Both the position numbers and the translations under genes were made by a program. From Deltaproteobacteria bacterium (GTDB lineage: Bacteria > JAGRBM01 > JAHCIT01): DNA of 64,000 nucleotides. Under the pieces are notes generated by a model. The model had not been told where the DNA came from and did not search any database. It saw only the letters and a list, made by a program, of their open reading frames with translations. Positions 57,614-64,000 of this stretch are shown here, piece after piece. Where the stretch lies: assembly GCA_026129095.1 (NCBI GenBank), contig JAHCIT010000002.1:186001-250000 (forward strand), written 5' to 3'. The first letter of the stretch is position 1. Each line of letters opens with the position of its first letter.

Positions 57614-57733
57614 AGGTTTGCAGTAATTCTTGACCCCCCTGCCGGGCAACGCTACCCCCTAGGCAGGGAAACGTGCTAGAAAACGGCGCCTGACCGCATT
57701 TCCATATCAATACCGTTCTGCAGGGGGAGCAGC

Positions 57734-60046
57734 GTGAACTTTCGCGTATTTTGTACATCGGGGGCCGCTGTCCTCCTTCTTCTGGTGGCCGCCTGCGGCC
57801 AGGACAACGTGGACCGTCTGGACCGTTCCTCTGCTGAACCCCGGATCCTCTCCTTCGAGGTGACTCCCTCGATGATCAAGTCCGGCGTGCCGACCCGCGT
57901 GCAGTTCAACTGGCGCTACCTCTGGGAACTGCGCCCCGACCCCACCTGCGAGATCACCAATGAAGTGGGCGTCGTCCAGAACAGCGGTTATGTGACCCTC
58001 ACGATCTCCGGCGACACGGAGTTCATCCTGCGGTGCGTGAACCGCTCCGGGGAGGATTCGGCCAGCCTGACGCTCCGGGCATCGCCCAACGGCGCGCCCG
58101 AAGGCGACATCCTGCTGCCGCCGAGCGTCATCGTCGCCCCCGGCGAATCGGTCAACTTCGTCAGCACCTGCAAGGACGACAACACCCCCGGCGAACTGCT
58201 TACCCACTCCTGGAGCTTCGCCGGCGCGGCGCTCAACACCACCAGCGCCCAGCCGGGCCTCGTCCGTTTCCCGAGCCCCGGCCGGTACACGGTGACCTAC
58301 ACCTGCACCGACGCGCTGGGACTGGCCGACCCCACGCCGGACACGGTGGTCGTGGCCGTGATGGATTTCGAGGACGCCGGACAGACGGCCCTTGGCGGCG
58401 ACCCCGTGGCCGTGCGGATCGCCGACCTGAACGGCGACACGCTCATGGACCTCGCCGTGGCGAGAAGCAGCGCGAACCAGGTGTCGGTCCTCCTGCAGGA
58501 CGCCCTGAACCCCGGCCAGTTCCTTCCCGCCGTGCACTACGCGACGGGTGTCAACCCGCTGGCGCTGGCCGTCGCCGACGTGAACGGCGACCTGCGGCCG
58601 GACATCGTGACGGCGGACTACGACGACGACACGGTTTCGGTGCTGCTCCAGAGCGCCACGGTGGCCGGCACGTTCGATGCCGCCGCCAGCATCCCCGTGG
58701 GCAACGGCCCCCGGGCGCTCGTCGTGACCGATCTCAATGGCGACGGCCGCCTGGATATCGCGGCGGCCAACGAACTGGGGAACAGCGTCTCGCTGCTCCG
58801 GCAGGATCCCGCCCCGGAACTGCCGGGCGCCTTCACGACGGCCGCGTCGAACTACCCGACCTGCGCCGCCCCCCGGAGCCTGTCAACCGGCTTCCTCAAT
58901 ACCGGCGCGCGGCCTGACCTTGCCGCCGCCTGCTCGGGCGCGAGCCACGTCTCCATCCTGTTCCAGTACGACGAGCCCAACGACCCTGGCCACTTCCGCC
59001 CGAAGGTGGACTACCCGGCCGGTCCGGCCCCCGAGAGCATCGTCGTCGCCGACTTCAACGGTGACAACCGGCCCGACATCGCCGTCACCAATCCGGGCGA
59101 GGGAGTGGTCTCCGTGCTGCTCAACAACGCGGCCCCGCTCACGATGGGCACCTACGGCCTCCGCAAGACCTACGCGGCGGGGACCACGCCGAGGCGGCTC
59201 ACCTCCAGCGACATCAATAATGACACCTGGGCCGACCTCATCGTCGCCAACGAGGGTTCCTCGGACGTGTCCATCCTGATCGCCAGCACCGCCACGCCCG
59301 GAACCTTCACGGCGCCGCGGAACTTCCCCTCCGGCACAGGACCGGTGTGGGTCGCCGTGGGCGACGTTGACGGCGACGGACTGCCGGACCTCGTGACCGC
59401 CGAACCTGCGGCCGGAAACCTGTCGGTCATCTGGCACTCGCCGGCCCGGCCCGGAATCACCCAGCTCCGCGCCACCCCGGCCACGACCAACACCACGAGC
59501 ACGATCTCGTTCTTCATCACCGGCCCCGCCACGGGCGGCCCGTTCGACTGGCAGCTCGACCTTACCGATGACGCGGGCGCGGTCCTGGGCACGCCCTCGG
59601 CCGGAACCTGTGATACGCCGGTCCACTGCAGCGGGACCTCCGCCGCCGGGACCACCATCACCGTCACCCTGACGGCCGGCGCCGACACCGTGGCCACGGC
59701 CACGGCCGAAGTCACCGATGGCACCCTCACCGACAGCTTCGGCATCGCCGTGACGATCGATCTCACGCCGCCGCCGCCGCCCGTTATCACCACCAACGGC
59801 GGCACCGATTTCAACGTGATCGCCGAGCCGGTCCTGATCCAGGGCACGACCTCGGCCGACACCGCCGTCATGCAGGTGCAACTGAACGGCGGCGACTTCA
59901 CGGCCCTCAGCCCCTACACCGCCGGATCGGTCAACTGGACGTTCAACGGAACGATCCTGTTCGGGACGACCGACAACTACTGCTTCCGCGCCCTCGACGC
60001 GGCCGGAAACACCGGCGACCCCACCTGCATCAACGTCACGCGCTGA
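57734..60046 (+). CDS. Lipoprotein with PKD/Ig-like domains and FG-GAP/VCBS repeats
   Basis: Lipobox VAAC; about seven D(L/V/F)NGD..D(L/I) repeats (one degenerate); PGRYTVT PKD-like segment; Thr-rich C-terminal beta domains. Confidence 0.82.
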   Translation: MNFRVFCTSGAAVLLLLVAACGQDNVDRLDRSSAEPRILSFEVTPSMIKSGVPTRVQFNWRYLWELRPDPTCEITNEVGVVQNSGYVTLTISGDTEFILRCVNRSGEDSASLTLRASPNGAPEGDILLPPSVIVAPGESVNFVSTCKDDNTPGELLTHSWSFAGAALNTTSAQPGLVRFPSPGRYTVTYTCTDALGLADPTPDTVVVAVMDFEDAGQTALGGDPVAVRIADLNGDTLMDLAVARSSANQVSVLLQDALNPGQFLPAVHYATGVNPLALAVADVNGDLRPDIVTADYDDDTVSVLLQSATVAGTFDAAASIPVGNGPRALVVTDLNGDGRLDIAAANELGNSVSLLRQDPAPELPGAFTTAASNYPTCAAPRSLSTGFLNTGARPDLAAACSGASHVSILFQYDEPNDPGHFRPKVDYPAGPAPESIVVADFNGDNRPDIAVTNPGEGVVSVLLNNAAPLTMGTYGLRKTYAAGTTPRRLTSSDINNDTWADLIVANEGSSDVSILIASTATPGTFTAPRNFPSGTGPVWVAVGDVDGDGLPDLVTAEPAAGNLSVIWHSPARPGITQLRATPATTNTTSTISFFITGPATGGPFDWQLDLTDDAGAVLGTPSAGTCDTPVHCSGTSAAGTTITVTLTAGADTVATATAEVTDGTLTDSFGIAVTIDLTPPPPPVITTNGGTDFNVIAEPVLIQGTTSADTAVMQVQLNGGDFTALSPYTAGSVNWTFNGTILFGTTDNYCFRALDAAGNTGDPTCINVTR

Positions 60047-60085
60047 TGGACGGGGGCGCCGGAGCCCGGATATAGTCGCCAGACC

Positions 60086-61237
60086 ATGTCCACAAAGAAA
60101 TCTCCGGCCGCAGAACCGGTCTCGCTGCTCGTCGCCACCCGCAAGGGTGCCTTCATCCTGAAGGGCGACCGGTCACGCCGCCACTGGAAACTCTCGCCGC
60201 CCATCCTGCTCGGCCACATTATCAACCATCTGGTTCAGGATCCGCGGGATCCCTCCGTCATCCTGTGCGGCGCGAGCGCCGGGCACCTGGGGCCGACACT
60301 CTACCGGTCCATCGATGCCGGAAAGACCTGGAAGGAGGTCACCCGGCCGCCCGCGTTCCGGAAAGCCGCCGGGGGCGAGACGGGGCGTGTCGTCAGCAGC
60401 GTCTTCTGGCTGACGCCGGGCCATGTGAGCGAGCCCGGCGTCTGGTACGCCGGGACCACACCGCACGGACTGTTCCGCTCCACGGACGGCGGACTCACCT
60501 GGGAGGGCGTCGAGGGCTTCAACGAAAACCCCGAACGTACTATCTGGACCGGCACGGGCGACGCGCCACCCGAAGGCCCGTTCATGCACTCGGTGATCGT
60601 TGATCCCCGCGACCCCGCCCATCTCTACATCGGCATGTCGCCGGGCGGCGTCATGGAATCGTCCGACCGGGGCCGGAGCTGGAAACCCCTGATTGACGGA
60701 CTCGAAACACCCGAAGGCTACGACCGCAGCGTGCAGGCGTTTCACGACCCGCACTGCGTACGCCTGCATCCGCTGCATCCCGGCCGTTTGTACCAGCAGA
60801 ACCACAACGGCATCTACCGGCTCGACCGGCCCTCGGACACCTGGGTCCGCATCGGACGGAACATGCCCAGGGCGGTAGGTGACATCGGTTTCCCGATGGT
60901 TCTCCACCCGCACGACCCTGACGCCTGCTGGGTGTTTCCGATGGAAGGGATCGACGTCTGGCCCCGCACCAGCCCCGGCGGCAAGCCGGCCGTCTACGGG
61001 ACAAGGAATGGCGGGAAAACCTGGAAACGGCTGGACAAGGGGCTCCCCCGCCGCGACGCCTGGCTGACGGTGAAGCGGCAGGCGATGACCGCCGACGGCT
61101 GTGATCCGGCGGGCCTCTACTTCGGCACCACCAGCGGCGAAATCTGGGCGAGCCGCGACGAGGGCAAAAGATGGACCTGCATCGCCCGCCATCTGCCGCA
61201 TATCTACGCCATCGAAACCGCCCGGCTGGGCAGATAG
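60086..61237 (+). CDS. BNR/Asp-box beta-propeller protein, no signal peptide
   Basis: Repeated S.D.G.(T/S)W Asp-boxes: SIDAGKTW, STDGGLTW, SSDRGRSW, TRNGGKTW, SRDEGKRW. Confidence 0.85.
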   Translation: MSTKKSPAAEPVSLLVATRKGAFILKGDRSRRHWKLSPPILLGHIINHLVQDPRDPSVILCGASAGHLGPTLYRSIDAGKTWKEVTRPPAFRKAAGGETGRVVSSVFWLTPGHVSEPGVWYAGTTPHGLFRSTDGGLTWEGVEGFNENPERTIWTGTGDAPPEGPFMHSVIVDPRDPAHLYIGMSPGGVMESSDRGRSWKPLIDGLETPEGYDRSVQAFHDPHCVRLHPLHPGRLYQQNHNGIYRLDRPSDTWVRIGRNMPRAVGDIGFPMVLHPHDPDACWVFPMEGIDVWPRTSPGGKPAVYGTRNGGKTWKRLDKGLPRRDAWLTVKRQAMTADGCDPAGLYFGTTSGEIWASRDEGKRWTCIARHLPHIYAIETARLGR

Positions 61238-61249
61238 AACCGTCAGGCC

Positions 61250-61507
61250 GTGCGCGTCTTCATCCCCTCGGCACTCCGCTCCTATACCGGCGGCAAAACC
61301 GTCGCCGATGCCAGCGGCAAAACCGTCGCCGAACTGCTTGAGGATCTCGACCGCCACTACCCTGGCATCCGGTTCCGCATGGTCAACGAGCAGGACATGA
61401 TCCGCCCGCACCTGCGGGTGTTCGTCAACGGGCAGGTGGCGGAGCCCGGAACCCCGGTGAAGGAAAGCGACGAGGTGAATATCGTCATGGCCCTGAGCGG
61501 CGGATGA
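61250..61507 (+). CDS. MoaD/ThiS family ubiquitin-like protein
   Basis: IPSALR, TVAELL..L, VFVNG, C-terminal ALSGG. Confidence 0.88.
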   Translation: MRVFIPSALRSYTGGKTVADASGKTVAELLEDLDRHYPGIRFRMVNEQDMIRPHLRVFVNGQVAEPGTPVKESDEVNIVMALSGG

Positions 61508-61546
61508 CTTCGGCCATCCGGCACTGGTTATACTGGACGCATAACC

Positions 61547-62722
61547 ATGCCCGTAGCCGCCTCACCACCCAGCAGAATCCCCCGCGGCGTGTGGGTCCTC
61601 GGCTTCGTGAGCATGCTGATGGATATCTCATCCGAGATGATCCACAGCCTGCTTCCGCTCTTTCTGGTGGGCACCCTGGGCGCGAGCGCCTTCGCCGTCG
61701 GCCTGATCGAGGGGCTGGCCGAGTCGACCGCCCTCACCGTCAGAGTCTTTTCCGGTACGCTGAGCGACTACCTGGGCAGGCGCAAGGGACTGGCCCTGTT
61801 CGGCTATACCCTGGGCGCACTGACCAAGCCGCTTTTTGCCATTGCACCTGCCACCGGCGTCGTGCTCACGGCGCGCCTGCTGGACCGGGTCGGCAAGGGC
61901 GTGCGGGCCGCTCCGCGCGACGCGCTGATGGCGGACATCACACCGCCGGAAGTACGTGGCGCGGCGTTCGGCCTCCGGCAGTCCCTGGATACGGTGGGAG
62001 CATTTCTCGGCCCCCTCCTGGCTGTCGGCCTGATGCTGCTGTGGGCCAATGACTTCCGCTCCGTGTTCTGGGTGGCCGTTGTTCCGGGGCTGCTCGCCGT
62101 GGCGCTGCTGGCGGCCGGCGTGCGCGAGCCGGGACGTCCCGCCGGTGGAAAACGCACCAGTCCCATCCGCCGGGAGAACCTGAGGCGCCTCAGCGGCGCG
62201 TACTGGTGGGTCACCGGTGTGGGCGGTGTTTTCGCCCTGGCCCGGTTCAGCGAGGCGTTCCTGGTGCTGCGGGCCCAGCAGGGCGGAATACCCGTCGCGC
62301 TGGTGCCGCTGGTGCTGGTGGCGATGAACGCCGTCTATGCGGTTTCCGCCTATCCGTTCGGCAGGCTGTCCGACCGGATGAACCGCAAGACGCTCCTGGC
62401 ACTGGGTCTTGCCGTCCTGATCGCCGCCGATCTCGTTCTGGCGATGGACAGCCACTGGACCACGGTGCTCGCCGGTGTCGTGCTGTGGGGAGTCCACATG
62501 GGCATGACGCAGGGCCTGCTGGCAGCGATGGTGGCCGATACGGCACCGGCCGATCTCCGGGGCACCGCCTTCGGATTCTTCAATCTGGTGAGCGGGGCCG
62601 CGATGCTCGTCGCCAGCACCGTGGCCGGCCTGCTGTGGGACCAGATGGGCGCGTCGTTCACCTTCTACGCGGGAGCCGCGTTCAGTGTCATCGCCCTGCT
62701 CGGCCTGCTCAGGAAGATCTGA
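61547..62722 (+). CDS. MFS transporter
   Basis: VSMLMDISSEMIHSLLP, DRVGKGVR.APRDAL, GRLSDR. Confidence 0.9.
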   Translation: MPVAASPPSRIPRGVWVLGFVSMLMDISSEMIHSLLPLFLVGTLGASAFAVGLIEGLAESTALTVRVFSGTLSDYLGRRKGLALFGYTLGALTKPLFAIAPATGVVLTARLLDRVGKGVRAAPRDALMADITPPEVRGAAFGLRQSLDTVGAFLGPLLAVGLMLLWANDFRSVFWVAVVPGLLAVALLAAGVREPGRPAGGKRTSPIRRENLRRLSGAYWWVTGVGGVFALARFSEAFLVLRAQQGGIPVALVPLVLVAMNAVYAVSAYPFGRLSDRMNRKTLLALGLAVLIAADLVLAMDSHWTTVLAGVVLWGVHMGMTQGLLAAMVADTAPADLRGTAFGFFNLVSGAAMLVASTVAGLLWDQMGASFTFYAGAAFSVIALLGLLRKI

Positions 62723-62738
62723 CCGGTGTTGATGGCGG
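62695..62738. repeat. 44-bp direct repeat, copy 1 (contains the MFS and mpaB stop codons)
   Basis: CCTGCTCGGCCTGCTCAGGAAGATCTGACCGGTGTTGATGGCGG; 42/44 identical to 63673-63716. Confidence 0.9.
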
Positions 62739-63545
62739 CGGCAGGAACCGCTCGGGCCGCGTCGCGGCGCCCACATACCGCATGACGAACTGCATCCCCC
62801 GGCGGTTGGCGAACCGGGGAACGGCGGCAAACCCCCACCGCCCGAGCCGGCAGATCCGCTCGAACCACCGCTGGTCGGAGGCGGGCCACGGGATGCCGAA
62901 CCGCTCACGCACCGGCTCCGGCAGCGTGCCGGTAACGACGATCCGGCCCGCGTTCCGCAGGACGGGGTTGCGGAAGCTGCTTCTGACGAGCGGGGGCCGC
63001 CAGTCGCCCGCGAGCGCAAGACCGAGCGTGTGTTTTGCCGATGGCGTCATTTCGAGACGGGTCCGGCAGAACATGTCGAACCGGTCGCAGAAGGAACGGT
63101 AGTCACCGGGCACGCCGTCATAGAACACGCCGTACAGGCGGTACCACTCGACGGTGTCGGCATAGAGCCGTTCCAGGTCCACGCGGGCGAGCCCGCCCAG
63201 GTGGAACAGGCGGATCGATTCAAAAACTTCCCAGGTGAACGTCGCGTGGGCCCACCACCAGGTCTCGGGTTCGAGGGCCCGGTAGTCCTGCCCGTGCCGG
63301 TCCTTGCCGTTGATGGTCCGGTGAAGATCGCGGATCCTTTTCGCCCGCTCCGCGCCACCCTTCTGGAGCACCGTCGCCCATATCTGGGGGATGGACCGGT
63401 AGACCCGTCCGAAGGGATTGGCGAAAAAGTCCGACTGCGCGCCGATGGCGGCGCCCAGCGGCGGATACATGAGCTGGAGTATTCCGGCCGTTCCGCCCGG
63501 AAAGAACGAGCGCCAGTCACCCAGGTAACGGATCAGAAGCTGCAT
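62709..63545 (-). CDS. MpaB/DUF2236 (rubber-oxygenase-like) family protein
   Basis: LQLMYP..GA....S.F...P..R, IRDLHRTING, YRALEPE..WWAHAT, LP...RE.FG..W; start uncertain. Confidence 0.8.
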   Translation of the reverse strand: MQLLIRYLGDWRSFFPGGTAGILQLMYPPLGAAIGAQSDFFANPFGRVYRSIPQIWATVLQKGGAERAKRIRDLHRTINGKDRHGQDYRALEPETWWWAHATFTWEVFESIRLFHLGGLARVDLERLYADTVEWYRLYGVFYDGVPGDYRSFCDRFDMFCRTRLEMTPSAKHTLGLALAGDWRPPLVRSSFRNPVLRNAGRIVVTGTLPEPVRERFGIPWPASDQRWFERICRLGRWGFAAVPRFANRRGMQFVMRYVGAATRPERFLPPPSTPVRSS

Positions 63546-63672
63546 GCGGCCCCCGGTCTCCACTCCCGAAACATACCGGTGCCGTCCGGCAGTGGCTACT
63601 CGGACCGGGGAAATTGCGAGTAAAGCCCGCACGCCCTTCAAAGGCCGGAAACCGGGATTACCGGGCGAGCAT

Positions 63673-63716
63673 CCTGCTCGGTCTGCTCAGGAAGATCTGA
63701 CCGGTGTTGCTGGCGG
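63673..63716. repeat. 44-bp direct repeat, copy 2
   Basis: CCTGCTCGGTCTGCTCAGGAAGATCTGACCGGTGTTGCTGGCGG; intergenic, 10 bp from the DksA-like stop. Confidence 0.9.
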
Positions 63717-63726
63717 ATGAGCGGTT

Positions 63727-64000
63727 TCAGTCACGCTCGCGGGCGCCCTGGCAACTGACGCAGAAGGGTGCCTCCGGCCGGGCCTTCAGCCGCCGGTAAC
63801 CGATGGGCTCGCCGCAGTCGGCGCACCAGCCATAGGAGCCGTTCCCGAAGCGCAGGAGCGCGGCCTCGACCCGCTGCAGCCGGAGCCCGGTTTCGGCCTG
63901 GCTCGCCTTGGCGAGCATCTGGTTCTGCATGGCGTCCATCCGGGTGAGCCGCCCGATCGACTGCTCCAGGTCCACGGGCTGGACGCTGCCAGCCGACTGC
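63727..64000 (-). CDS. TraR/DksA C4-type zinc finger protein, 5' end outside the window
   Basis: PVDLEQSIGRLTRMDAMQ, YGWCADCGEPI...RL.ARPEAPFCVSCQ; reading frame is open to the window edge. Confidence 0.88.
   Translation of the reverse strand, partial: QSAGSVQPVDLEQSIGRLTRMDAMQNQMLAKASQAETGLRLQRVEAALLRFGNGSYGWCADCGEPIGYRRLKARPEAPFCVSCQGARERD

Noticed and set aside
1-64000. tRNA, rRNA, prophage, intact transposase or integrase
   Set aside because: None recognised by eye in the intergenic gaps or ORFs; a tRNAscan/Rfam run would be needed to exclude small RNAs.

Overview
GC-rich bacterial chromosomal segment with about 63 protein-coding genes. I found no tRNA, rRNA, CRISPR array or intact mobile element. 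The gene content (Hsp70 paralogue, REC-DUF4388 regulator, GSPII_N/MshEN-like protein, FHA protein, TIGR03545/03546, FYDLN protein, korAB, split gcvPA/PB) suggests a Myxococcota-like or other deltaproteobacterial lineage; this is inference. Lipid and terpenoid functions dominate: hopanoid tailoring (hpnH, HpnG-like, HpnA-like), two acyl-CoA ligases, an acyl-CoA dehydrogenase, SCP2, a FadR-type regulator with a DUF962/Mpo1-like protein, polyprenyl synthase with MenA, UbiB kinase, a START-like protein, patatin and an MpaB-like oxygenase. Housekeeping genes include galU, holA, rlmI-like, gcvH/PA/PB, nadC and korAB. The most notable unannotated signals are: (1) a G12 tract between the -35 and -10 boxes of a lipoprotein gene, a candidate phase-variable promoter; (2) a 978-bp single-gene mpaB cassette bounded by a 44-bp direct repeat of the neighbouring MFS gene's 3' end; (3) several palindromic operators (FadR-like box, shared TTGACT-N4-AGTCAA, a GbsR-operon box, a perfect 30-bp TetR box, tandem Fic boxes); (4) an Hsp70 with an acidic/Pro insertion of about 105 aa before the interdomain linker and almost no lid; (5) a beta-propeller plus ubiquitin-like MoaD pair; (6) a prenylquinone operon led by an HTH-less TrmB-like domain. 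All product calls come from motif recognition by eye, not database searches. Start codons were re-picked by eye where the ORF track start looked too far upstream.
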